Source: an uncultured Candidatus Peribacteria bacterium
GTDB lineage: Bacteria; Patescibacteriota; Gracilibacteria; UBA1369; UBA12473
Direction: 5' to 3'
NCBI GenBank assembly: GCA_964473745.1
Contig: CAYYQE010000008.1
Coordinates: forward strand, 73-64,072
Length of the DNA: 64,000 bases
Shown here: in pieces, positions 28,725 through 37,220 of the stretch
Layout: the number at the start of each line of letters is the position of its first letter
Numbering within the stretch: the first letter of the stretch is position 1
Notes under the pieces: model-generated
Database searches by the model: none
Told to the model about the DNA's origin: nothing
Seen by the model: only the letters and a program-made list of their open reading frames with translations
Position numbers and translations under genes: made by a program

Positions 28725-30149
28725 TTACAATCCCATCTCTTGCTTAAGAGCATTCACATCCCTTATTAACCGTTGATCTTTACGCATCATTTTCACAATC
28801 TTATCTACCGCGTGCATAACCGTCGTATGGTTTCGCCCAAACTCTTCTCCAATCTGTTCAAAAGAAGCCCGGAGTTCTTTTCGAATCAAATACATACAAA
28901 TTTGGCGCGGAACTAACACTTCTTTTTTACGAACCGAACCAGTTACATCACTTTTTGTTAGTTTAAAATAATCCGCCACAATATCAATTACATCATCTGC
29001 GGTTTTAGCGAGTGATTTATGCTCTCGCCCTTCATCCAAAACAGCAAATTCCCCACCCCGATTCAACTTCTTCATAATCTTAGCCACCGAACGAATTGTT
29101 GGTGTAGACTGCTCCAATTCATATTGCGCCACCGCCTGCATCAACACCCCTTCTAATTCACGAATACTGTGATGCACGTTATAAGCCATAAACTCCAACA
29201 CATCAGCCGGAAGAAGAACTTGATACTCACGACATTTAGCATGCAAAATTGCCAATCGCGTTTCATAATCCGGGAACTGCACATCCACAATCATCCCCAT
29301 TTCAAACCTGCTAATTAAACGATCTTTAATATCACGAAGCTCTTTTGGTGGACGATCCGCACTTAGAATAATTTGTTTATTTGCATCATAAAGCTCATTA
29401 AAAGTATGAAAAAATTCTTCCTGAGTACGTTCCTTATTCGCCAAAAATTGAATATCATCAATTATCAAACAATCCACATTACGATACTTAGTCTTGAATG
29501 ATTTGGCTTTTTGACTACGAATAGCCTCCACAATCTCATTCATAAACTTCTCGGAAGTCATGTAAACAACGATGGCGCGTGGATTGTGTTTTAAAATCGC
29601 ATTACCCGTGGCTTGCAATAAATGCGTTTTCCCGAGCCCCACTCCCCCATATACAAACAAGGGGTTATAAGCTTGCCCCGGCTTTTTCGCGATTGCCATA
29701 CAAGCGGCGTGGGCCAATCTGTTTTCTGGGCCAATCACGTAACTTTCTAAAGTATATTTGGGATTCAAAGTTTTGCTTCGAATTCCATCAGTATTCACTT
29801 TATATTCCTCCTTTCCAGGCATTTTGCGCACTTTTTTGATTGGTTCGGAAACTTTGTTCACATCAATACTTCGCACATCATCCGATTGTCCCAACTTCCC
29901 ATCCACCTCGTATAAAATCTCTTTAATATTAGGATCTACTGATTGCGTCGCCAAAAGTAATTCTTTCTGATATTTATTAGCCGCCCAATCACGAGAAAGA
30001 ACCATTGGGAAACCCACGGTTAGAGTTTCCTTCTCCTTATTTAAAATTGTGGTGTGCTGAAACCACGTTAAAAAATCAGAACGTTTGAGGTTGGGCTCAA
30101 GAGCTTTCAAAACCTCTATCCAAAAATCACGGTGAGTAGTATTAGACAT
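28725..30149 (-). CDS. dnaA: Chromosomal replication initiator DnaA
   Basis: A Walker A motif (GGVGLGKTHL), box VII and a C-terminal DNA-binding domain (ELRASFEQIGEEFGRNHTTVMHA) are present. Confidence 0.95.
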   Translation of the reverse strand: MSNTTHRDFWIEVLKALEPNLKRSDFLTWFQHTTILNKEKETLTVGFPMVLSRDWAANKYQKELLLATQSVDPNIKEILYEVDGKLGQSDDVRSIDVNKVSEPIKKVRKMPGKEEYKVNTDGIRSKTLNPKYTLESYVIGPENRLAHAACMAIAKKPGQAYNPLFVYGGVGLGKTHLLQATGNAILKHNPRAIVVYMTSEKFMNEIVEAIRSQKAKSFKTKYRNVDCLIIDDIQFLANKERTQEEFFHTFNELYDANKQIILSADRPPKELRDIKDRLISRFEMGMIVDVQFPDYETRLAILHAKCREYQVLLPADVLEFMAYNVHHSIRELEGVLMQAVAQYELEQSTPTIRSVAKIMKKLNRGGEFAVLDEGREHKSLAKTADDVIDIVADYFKLTKSDVTGSVRKKEVLVPRQICMYLIRKELRASFEQIGEEFGRNHTTVMHAVDKIVKMMRKDQRLIRDVNALKQEMGL

Positions 30150-30213
30150 AAAGGAGGTCCAAAAATTGGGCTTCTATCATAATCACAGCCCGCCTCATAA
30201 ACAAGAGGATTTC

Positions 30214-31791
30214 TCAAAAGAGTCGTGCAACATCCTGAAAAGTAACCATAAAAATTAAAATTATCAGGAATATAAACCCTAAAGAATGAATCATTCCTTC
30301 GACTTTGGCATCCACTGGTTTGCCGCGAACTGCCTCTACAATAATAAAAGCCATTCGCCCACCATCCAAGGCTGGAAAAGGAAAAATATTAATCACCCCT
30401 AAACTAAGAGAAAGCAAAGCCACAAAACGAATTATGGCCGTAAAACCTTCTTGAACATAAAGTCCGGTCATCTGAGCAATCCCCACTGGCCCAGCTACGC
30501 CCTCAGGCACAGAAGCCGTGATAAACACATCACCAAATAATTTTCCAACCATTACCGCCGTATAAACAGAAATCCGTTCCATCTCCGAAAAAGCCTCTAC
30601 AGGCGCTGCTAGCCACGAATGTTGCACATCTTGAATCTCGATCACCGAAGAAATTAAAAGTCCGTCATAATAAGAAAAAACATCATTCTCGGGACTGTAA
30701 TTAAGACCAAGTAGCACCCCAATCATTCCGCTGTCATTACGCGACATTTCATAATAATAAATCACATCATCCCGTAACACTTTGTATTTTACGATTTCGG
30801 ATTCACTATTCATGGGAATTGCCACGGCTTGTTCGGGAGTTAAAACTTCCTGATCATTTACCTCTAACACCACGTCCCCAGCCTGCAAACCAGCTTCCTC
30901 GGCTGGAGTCCCAGAAAAAACTTGTGAAATTAGGGCCCGATTACTAACCGGCAAATCAACCTCTACCAACATGGTCTGCTCATCCCGATATATCTCGAAA
31001 ACCTGTTCCGAAACCTCAGTTTCACTAAGAGCTGTTTGCAATTCCGAAGCATAAAAAACCTGTTCTCCATTCAAAGTTAAAATCACATCTCCTTCCTGCA
31101 AATCACTTTCGGAAATTGCTCCCACAATAACGCGTGGCATTTCAAAAACATTAAAATTCAAACCCACTATCGTACCATCAACGGAAGGATCAAACTCCTG
31201 TCCATTCAAAGTAAAAGGCTCGCCCGATTCAACAATGCTATAAACATGTGCTAGATCTTTAATTGGCCCGCTGTTTATTGTTTCGATTTGATCACCAGCT
31301 TGAAAACCAAGATTTTCTGCCCAAGACCATTCTTCGACAGAATCCACATAAAGCCCAGAGGCCAGCTCAATTCGCCCTTCCCGGATAAAACTCATAAAAT
31401 CATCGCCATCTACCATAAGTGGCTGCATGCCCACAACAAAACCGACCGTAAGAAGCACCCAGGCCAATAAAAAATTCATCAGCACCCCGGCGCACACCAC
31501 CTTAGTTCGTTGCCATTTAGTTTTGCGCATAAAAGAACGCGGACTTTTTGCTGCTTTTTTGTCACGAGGATCCTCTCCCAGCATCCGCACAAATCCCCCA
31601 AATGGTATCCAATTAATAGAGTAAATAGTTTCACCAATCTTTTTTCCGAAGAGGCGCGGCGGCAATCCAAAGCCAAATTCCTCAACCCTGATGCCGTTCC
31701 GCCGCGCCACAAAAAAGTGGCCAAATTCATGCACCAAAATCAAAAGCGAAAAAATCAGGAGGAACACAATAATAGTCAGGAGTAATTGCAT
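30214..31791 (-). CDS. rseP: Site-2 (RseP-type, M50) zinc metalloprotease with PDZ domains
   Basis: The HEFGHF motif lies in TM1. PDZ repeats are internal, and a C-terminal LDGG-like motif (ALDGGRM) is present. Confidence 0.9.
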   Translation of the reverse strand: MQLLLTIIVFLLIFSLLILVHEFGHFFVARRNGIRVEEFGFGLPPRLFGKKIGETIYSINWIPFGGFVRMLGEDPRDKKAAKSPRSFMRKTKWQRTKVVCAGVLMNFLLAWVLLTVGFVVGMQPLMVDGDDFMSFIREGRIELASGLYVDSVEEWSWAENLGFQAGDQIETINSGPIKDLAHVYSIVESGEPFTLNGQEFDPSVDGTIVGLNFNVFEMPRVIVGAISESDLQEGDVILTLNGEQVFYASELQTALSETEVSEQVFEIYRDEQTMLVEVDLPVSNRALISQVFSGTPAEEAGLQAGDVVLEVNDQEVLTPEQAVAIPMNSESEIVKYKVLRDDVIYYYEMSRNDSGMIGVLLGLNYSPENDVFSYYDGLLISSVIEIQDVQHSWLAAPVEAFSEMERISVYTAVMVGKLFGDVFITASVPEGVAGPVGIAQMTGLYVQEGFTAIIRFVALLSLSLGVINIFPFPALDGGRMAFIIVEAVRGKPVDAKVEGMIHSLGFIFLIILIFMVTFQDVARLF

Positions 31792-31815
31792 GTAATTAGG
31801 TTATTTTGTCTCGTG

Positions 31816-32376
31816 CTAAACAGTCATCACTGCTTCTTCTTTGGCCTTCGCCGCCTCAGCAACTTGTTTATTATAGTCATCAACTTTTTCTTGCAAACGT
31901 TTTTCCGCTGAAATGGCATCATCTTCGGTAATTTGTTTGTCTTGCGCCATTTGCTTGAACTTAGAATGAGCAGTCTGCCGAGCATTCCGAATTGAAATTC
32001 GAGCCTCTTCGGCTAAATGATGCACAATTTTCACAATTTCTTTTCTTCTTTCTTCTGTTAATGGCGGAATATTAATCAAAACTGCAGTGCCATTATTAAC
32101 GGGATTCAACCCCAATCCTGCCGCTTGAATTGCTTTTTCTATTGTACCCAAAATCGATTTATCCCAAGGCTGAATTTGCAAAGTTTTTGGATCGGGAACA
32201 CTAATATTCGCTACGTTTTTAAGAGGTTGCTGTGCCCCGTAAGATTCCACTTGAAGATGTTCCACTAAACTTGGATTTGCTCGGCCCACTTGAAGACGAG
32301 AAAACTCTTGATTCATATGACTAAACGCTTTTTCAAACTCCGAAGCAGCCGCTTGAATAAATGGATCCGTACTCAT
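31816..32376 (-). CDS. frr: Ribosome recycling factor
   Basis: A 186-aa protein with GRANPSLVEHLQVESYG and ISVPDPKTLQIQPWD. Confidence 0.95.
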   Translation of the reverse strand: MSTDPFIQAAASEFEKAFSHMNQEFSRLQVGRANPSLVEHLQVESYGAQQPLKNVANISVPDPKTLQIQPWDKSILGTIEKAIQAAGLGLNPVNNGTAVLINIPPLTEERRKEIVKIVHHLAEEARISIRNARQTAHSKFKQMAQDKQITEDDAISAEKRLQEKVDDYNKQVAEAAKAKEEAVMTV

Positions 32377-32393
32377 TTTAAAAAAGTTAAAGA

Positions 32394-33107
32394 TTAATTA
32401 TGGACTTTCGTCCCAACATTTTTCCCAGCCGCCGCAGCCGCCAGGTTCCCTTTTTTCATTAAATCAAACACCATTACCGGCAAACCACCTTCCCGACACA
32501 AAGTCGAAGCCGTGATATCCATAAAAGCCAATTTTTTCTTAATCACCTCGTCAAAAGTAATGGTTTTAAACCTCTTGGCGCCCTTATGCTTTTCAGGATC
32601 TTTATCGTAAACTCCATCTACTTTGGTGGCTTTGAGCAAAACATCACAGCCTAATTCTAAACCACGGAGCGCCGCGGCCGTATCGGTTGTAAAAAACGGA
32701 CGCCCTGTCCCGCCGGCGCAAATAACTACTCGCCCATGGTTCAAGTGATCTAAGGCTTTTCTTCGAACATATGGCTCGGCAATTTCAGCTACCGGCAAAG
32801 CTGACATTACTCGACATTCCACTCCTAATCTTTCCAGCACCGCCTGCATTACCACCCCATTCATCACAGTGGCCATCATCCCCATAAAATCAGACTCCAC
32901 GCGCGGCACACCTTTCCCTTTATTATCCCGATAACGCCAAATATTACCGCCTCCAATTACCATCACTATCGACATTTTTTTGGAAAGCGCTTTAACTTCT
33001 TTTGCCAATTTTTCTAATTTCACAAAATCAACCGAATCATCGCCTTTCCCACGTAAAACTTCTCCTGAAAACTTAAGCATTATCCGTTTAGTCTTTTTTT
33101 TCGCCAT
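32394..33107 (-). CDS. pyrH: UMP kinase
   Basis: The motifs LKFSGEVL, VIGGGNIWR and GVYDKDP are present. Confidence 0.95.
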   Translation of the reverse strand: MAKKKTKRIMLKFSGEVLRGKGDDSVDFVKLEKLAKEVKALSKKMSIVMVIGGGNIWRYRDNKGKGVPRVESDFMGMMATVMNGVVMQAVLERLGVECRVMSALPVAEIAEPYVRRKALDHLNHGRVVICAGGTGRPFFTTDTAAALRGLELGCDVLLKATKVDGVYDKDPEKHKGAKRFKTITFDEVIKKKLAFMDITASTLCREGGLPVMVFDLMKKGNLAAAAAGKNVGTKVHN

Positions 33108-33110
33108 AAT

Positions 33111-33485
33111 TTAATGAAGAATAATATAAGTTAAAATAATTCCCAAAACCAAACCTCCCAAAAACATAATTGGCATCCTTTTTTCCTTTCCTCGATCATG
33201 AGAATTTGCCAAATCAGTCAATAAATTCCCCGAAACAATCACCTCTTCCTCGGCATTTTTTTCTACAATATCAACAAAACTATGATTCGCCACCAACTGC
33301 ACAAATTTAGCAAAATTCACTGTCACCCGGTTCGTAGTAGGCATTGAGTTTGGCATATCTAAATCTGCATCCCCTAAAGACGTTTTCGAAAAATCAACAT
33401 CCATTTCTTTATCATCGTCCTCCATCGGACGAATTAAAATTGAATCATCGTCTTTTTCTTCTTGCGGCAAGATAATATCGTCCAT
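33111..33485 (-). CDS. Hypothetical tail-anchored membrane protein
   Basis: A 124-aa ORF with an acidic N-terminus and a C-terminal TM helix (MPIMFLGGLVLGIILTYIIL). Confidence 0.45.
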   Translation of the reverse strand: MDDIILPQEEKDDDSILIRPMEDDDKEMDVDFSKTSLGDADLDMPNSMPTTNRVTVNFAKFVQLVANHSFVDIVEKNAEEEVIVSGNLLTDLANSHDRGKEKRMPIMFLGGLVLGIILTYIILH

Positions 33486-33572
33486 ATAGAGGAGGTGTAA
33501 CTTTGTCTAAAATAGGATAGCAAAAGCCTCTTCCGTTGACCAGGAAAAATCATTCAAAAATTAAAAGACCCT

Positions 33573-34463
33573 CTAAAACTGCACATTTTGGCGTTTCAAT
33601 TTTGAGCGGCCCAATTCTGATTCCTTTAGGTGATAATCCGCCAACACAATCCCCAGCTGCTCCGCCGTCGTTCGAGCCATTTTACGAGGACCCGGCATCC
33701 ATTCCTCTACTCCATCCATCACAATCGCCCCCCAAAATTCTCCATAAAGATCACGAATCGCAGCAATCATTCGACCATCATTTACCAAATGCCGACGATC
33801 TTTCCCAAGCAACTCTTCTATCCCCAATAATTCCTGCGTCGAAAGCTGATAATCACCCCAAGTCACTTTTACTTCTAAATGCCCAGTAACCTGATTTTTA
33901 AGGGCAATTGCCCCTTTTGGTGCCTGCGTAGCCAAAGCTAATTTACTACTTATTCGCGTTAACATTTTATCAATATCGCCTTTGAAATCATGCATCATTT
34001 TTGAAACATCATACATGGCCACTAATTCTTGATTAGCCCACTGCAAACGTTGGTTTACCACCTTAAAAAGAGCTAATAAAAGAGCACTCGCTTCATCAGG
34101 TTTTTCCACCAAAAACTTCTCAAAATCTGCTTTTTTAAGCACCAAAACTTCAACATCATCAATCGCCACAGCCGAAGCATTCCGCGGTTTTGCTGAAAGC
34201 AACGAACCTTCACCAAAAATCGCTCCCGGATCCAAAATAGCCAATACTTTTTTCTGATCATCACGAATTCTTTTGGCAATTTCAATATGCCCACTCAATA
34301 AAAGATACAGCTCTGAACTTGTTTCTGCTTCTTCAAAAATCAATTCCTTTTTTTCAAAATGCTTCTTTTCCCAAATTCCTTTTCCAGAAATAATTCTTTC
34401 TTGCTCTTCTGGAGCAAGGGCGGAAAAAAAATCTTCAATCTGTGAATGAAAACTCTTAGCCAT
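33573..34463 (-). CDS. Cyclic-nucleotide-binding domain protein with C-terminal GAF-like region
   Basis: A cNMP-binding beta-barrel pattern is present (ELYLLLSGHIEIAKRI...LDPGAIFGEGSLL...RNASAVA). The likely start is MAKSFHS at 34463, overlapping the pilT stop by 8 nt. Confidence 0.7.
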   Translation of the reverse strand: MAKSFHSQIEDFFSALAPEEQERIISGKGIWEKKHFEKKELIFEEAETSSELYLLLSGHIEIAKRIRDDQKKVLAILDPGAIFGEGSLLSAKPRNASAVAIDDVEVLVLKKADFEKFLVEKPDEASALLLALFKVVNQRLQWANQELVAMYDVSKMMHDFKGDIDKMLTRISSKLALATQAPKGAIALKNQVTGHLEVKVTWGDYQLSTQELLGIEELLGKDRRHLVNDGRMIAAIRDLYGEFWGAIVMDGVEEWMPGPRKMARTTAEQLGIVLADYHLKESELGRSKLKRQNVQF

Positions 34464-35520
34464 TAGAAATTTTTTGTTTAAAGGCTTCGATATCATGGGC
34501 TTTGGCCATCGCTGCCTCGGGAGTTACTGTACCATTTGCCACTAAATCAGCCAAGGAATCATCCAAAGTTTGCATCCCCTCACTTTTACCAATTTGAAGC
34601 ATAGAATAAATCTGGTGCGTTTGTCCTTCTTTCACACAATTACGCATCGCATCGTTCATTACCAATATTTCAAAAGCAGCGGCCCGACCTTTTCCATCAG
34701 CACGCGGCACCAAAGTCTGCGAAATCACTCCAAGTAATCCTACTGAAAGCTGAGCTCTAATCTGTTCTTGTTGATAAGCCGGAAAAACATCAATCATTCG
34801 ATCTACAGTTTGAGCCGCATCCGTAGTATGCAAAGTTGAAAGCACTAAATGCCCGGTTTCTGCCAAAGTAATGGCCGCAGCAATTGTCTCTAAATCACGC
34901 ATTTCTCCTACCAAAACCACGTCTGGATCCTGCCGCAAAGCCGACCGAATGGCCGTACTAAACGAGTCAGTATGCGAATTAACTTCACGTTGCGTAATTA
35001 AAGCGTTTTTTGAGGTATGAATAAACTCAATCGGATCTTCCACTGTAATAATATGACATTTGCGATTCGTATTCGCGTAATCAATCATCGACGCCAAAGT
35101 TGTGGACTTTCCACTCCCGGTTGGACCAGTAACCAAAATTAATCCCCGCGGCTTCATGGCAAATTCCCCAAAAATCGGGGGCAACCCCATTGACTCCAAC
35201 GAAGGCGGGCTACTGGGAATCGACCGGAAAGCAAGGGCAGTCCCCTCCTTCTCCTGATACAAATTAACTCTAAATCGACCCACATTCGGCGATCCATAAG
35301 AAAAATCTACTTCCTTGTGTTCCTGAAAAATAAGAAACTTCTTCTCTCCCGCTACTTTTTGCGCTATGGCTAGAATTTCTTCTTCTGTTAAAGCCGGCAT
35401 TTTATCTGTTGAAAAAAGCTCACCATTTGACTGACGAATAACCGGTGGACTCCCCACTTTTAGATGGAGATCCGGAGCATGACTCTCTACCACTTGTTTT
35501 AAGATCAAATCAATATCCAT
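34456..35520 (-). CDS. pilT: Type IV pilus retraction ATPase PilT
   Basis: A Walker A motif (GPTGSGKST), the GEMRD motif and the GHLVLSTLHT His box are present. Confidence 0.9.
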   Translation of the reverse strand: MDIDLILKQVVESHAPDLHLKVGSPPVIRQSNGELFSTDKMPALTEEEILAIAQKVAGEKKFLIFQEHKEVDFSYGSPNVGRFRVNLYQEKEGTALAFRSIPSSPPSLESMGLPPIFGEFAMKPRGLILVTGPTGSGKSTTLASMIDYANTNRKCHIITVEDPIEFIHTSKNALITQREVNSHTDSFSTAIRSALRQDPDVVLVGEMRDLETIAAAITLAETGHLVLSTLHTTDAAQTVDRMIDVFPAYQQEQIRAQLSVGLLGVISQTLVPRADGKGRAAAFEILVMNDAMRNCVKEGQTHQIYSMLQIGKSEGMQTLDDSLADLVANGTVTPEAAMAKAHDIEAFKQKISNG

Positions 35521-35619
35521 AAATTTTGGAATTTAATCCTGTTATTATAGCACAAAAGAGCATTAAAAGGAATAGTTACCGGTCGCTTTTTCAACATATC
35601 CTCCAAACCTTATAAACTC

Positions 35620-35647
35620 TTGACTTTTGTAGCGTTTAACGTATAAT
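35620..35647 (+). promoter_or_regulatory. Near-consensus sigma-70 promoter in front of GC-rich island 1
   Basis: TTGACT (35620..35625), a 16-nt spacer, then TATAAT (35642..35647). It is divergent from pilT. Confidence 0.6.
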
Positions 35648-35754
35648 AATCAGCCTTGGCTTCTACCTAGAAACCATCTCCCCCCGTGGAGAATGAGTGT
35701 CTGGCTGCCGCCAAGACGCTTGTTCTTTCACATTCTCATGCCCGGAGCATACCC

Positions 35755-36381
35755 ATGTCCCGTTCCCTCCTCATCACCCTCGGCCTCGCCCTTGGCCTCG
35801 CCCTTGGCCTCGTCGGTATCGCCTGGTTCAGCGTCTACAAATCGAACCGCCTCAACGAGCGCAACGATCTGCGCGCCGAGGTCGCCGAGTACCTGGTCGA
35901 AACCGAGAAGGAAGCCGTCGACAACGCGATGAAGATCTCCCTCGGTGCCCTCAACAACTTCCAAAAGGGTGAATTCTACCACCGCAAGTCGAAAGTCGGC
36001 GCCAAGACCGTCGGCCTCTTCTCCCACGACCTCGAGCCTGCTCTGACCTTCCTGGTCGACCTCGAGCGCGCCGTCCACGCAACCACCTTCTTCTTCAACT
36101 ACTCGAGCACCGAGCAGCAGGCCCTGTTCGACTGCAACGGCGGGTTCAACGGCTTCGCCGTCCCCGCCGCCCTGCAGCACAACCTGGGCCACATTCGGAG
36201 CTTCAAGTGGCAAGTCTCGGACCTCGAGCTCACCACCGAAGCCATCACCACCGCCCAGGCCGAGTGGGCCACGCTCAAGGAGACCATGGACGTCAGCCTG
36301 CAGACCGCCTCGGCCCTGGCCCTCGATGACAACCCCTGGCGCTGCGTGTGGCCGGACGAGGTGGACGAGGAGCAGCTCTGA
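35755..36381 (+). CDS. Hypothetical signal-anchored protein encoded in GC-rich island 1
   Basis: A GGAG sits 7 nt upstream of the ATG at 35755. The 208-aa product starts MSRSLLITLGLALGLALGLVGIAWF (TM helix), and third codon positions are very G/C-rich. The ORF is open back to a GTG at 35686. I see no recognisable domain. Confidence 0.6.
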   Translation: MSRSLLITLGLALGLALGLVGIAWFSVYKSNRLNERNDLRAEVAEYLVETEKEAVDNAMKISLGALNNFQKGEFYHRKSKVGAKTVGLFSHDLEPALTFLVDLERAVHATTFFFNYSSTEQQALFDCNGGFNGFAVPAALQHNLGHIRSFKWQVSDLELTTEAITTAQAEWATLKETMDVSLQTASALALDDNPWRCVWPDEVDEEQL

Positions 36382-36455
36382 TGGATCCCCGAACCCTCAT
36401 CCTCCTCCTGGGCCTCACCGCCGCCGCCCTCTACGACTACTGGCTGATCATCTAG
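36381..36455 (+). CDS. 24-aa hydrophobic micropeptide, translationally coupled
   Basis: The TGATG stop/start overlap at 36379..36383 links it to the upstream ORF. My translation is MDPRTLILLLGLTAAALYDYWLII, with a TAG at 36453..36455, and codon bias matches the upstream ORF. Confidence 0.4.
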   Translation: MDPRTLILLLGLTAAALYDYWLII

Positions 36456-36488
36456 GCCTGCGGAACTGTGAAACGACCGAGCGTACAT

Positions 36489-36512
36489 GCCTCCCTCATC
36501 CCCGAGGGAGGC
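36489..36512 (+). terminator. GC-rich hairpin closing island 1
   Basis: GCCTCCCTC-atcccc-GAGGGAGGC forms a 9-bp perfect stem. The downstream T-tract is weak (CTTCGCTTATAAAAATTT). Confidence 0.55.
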
Positions 36513-36575
36513 CTTCGCTTATAAAAATTTCAAACCCGCCTTCCCACGCGCCCCTGAAAATGATAAAAAAGAAGC

Positions 36576-37220
36576 ATGAACCAACGACAACAAGTAATTT
36601 TAGAAATTCAACAAGCCGCGCTCCAAATAATTCAAGAGCGCTATGAGGACTTCCCATATCACAACGCTACCCACACCGGTTTTGTGATCGAAACTGCCAA
36701 TCTCTTGGCCCAAGACGCCAAACTTCCACAAGATCAACTCGAACTACTTACTTTAATGGCTGCGGCCCACGATTTAGTCCAAACCCACGATCCTCTTGCT
36801 GACGGGTATCTTGGCGAAAACGAAAATGAATCCGCTGACTGGCTCGCTGAACAAATGCTTGCCTCAGGCCAATTCGAAGACGACGAAATCGAACAAGCTC
36901 GTCGCGGCATAGAAGCCACCTTCATCCTCCATCGCGAAGACGGTATCAAACAATCCGCTGAATTTGGTGATTTTTTAAGTGAACTTCTTTGTGACGCTGA
37001 TCTTGCCAACCTCGGCAGTCCCTGGGACGTCTATTTCCCCAAAACCAAAGACTATTTCCAAGAAATCAACCCCAACTCAACCGAAGAAGAATGGAAGCAC
37101 TATTTACGTCTTCAAGTCCCAATCCTCCTCCAACACCACTACTACACCACCGTCGCCCAAGAACGATTCCCTCATTTACGTGAAAATGCCACAAAAATAG
37201 AAGACTCCTTAAAAGCCTAA
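36576..37220 (+). CDS. HD-domain phosphohydrolase-like protein
   Basis: A 214-aa ORF with H...HD spacing (YHNATHTGFV ... AAAHDLVQTHD). Confidence 0.55.
   Translation: MNQRQQVILEIQQAALQIIQERYEDFPYHNATHTGFVIETANLLAQDAKLPQDQLELLTLMAAAHDLVQTHDPLADGYLGENENESADWLAEQMLASGQFEDDEIEQARRGIEATFILHREDGIKQSAEFGDFLSELLCDADLANLGSPWDVYFPKTKDYFQEINPNSTEEEWKHYLRLQVPILLQHHYYTTVAQERFPHLRENATKIEDSLKA

Noticed and set aside
28531-30213. A search for an oriC with DnaA boxes (TTATCCACA) in the spacers flanking dnaA.
   Set aside because: Only degenerate matches of about 7/9 were seen (for example TAGTGGATT near 28564 and GTATCCAAA near 28675). There was no cluster of good boxes or an obvious AT-rich unwinding element, and I cannot compute GC skew here. 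Only the inverted repeats are reported, as a low-interest finding.
35693-36646. Five additional long ORFs in other frames and on the opposite strand across GC-rich island 1 (35693..35932 +, 35697..35972 +, 35728..36213 -, 36099..36488 -, 36326..36646 +).
   Set aside because: High-GC DNA lacks stop codons in all frames. These ORFs have Arg/Pro/Gly-rich nonsense-like translations and no RBS. They overlap the frame that shows a TM anchor, an RBS and strong GC3 bias.
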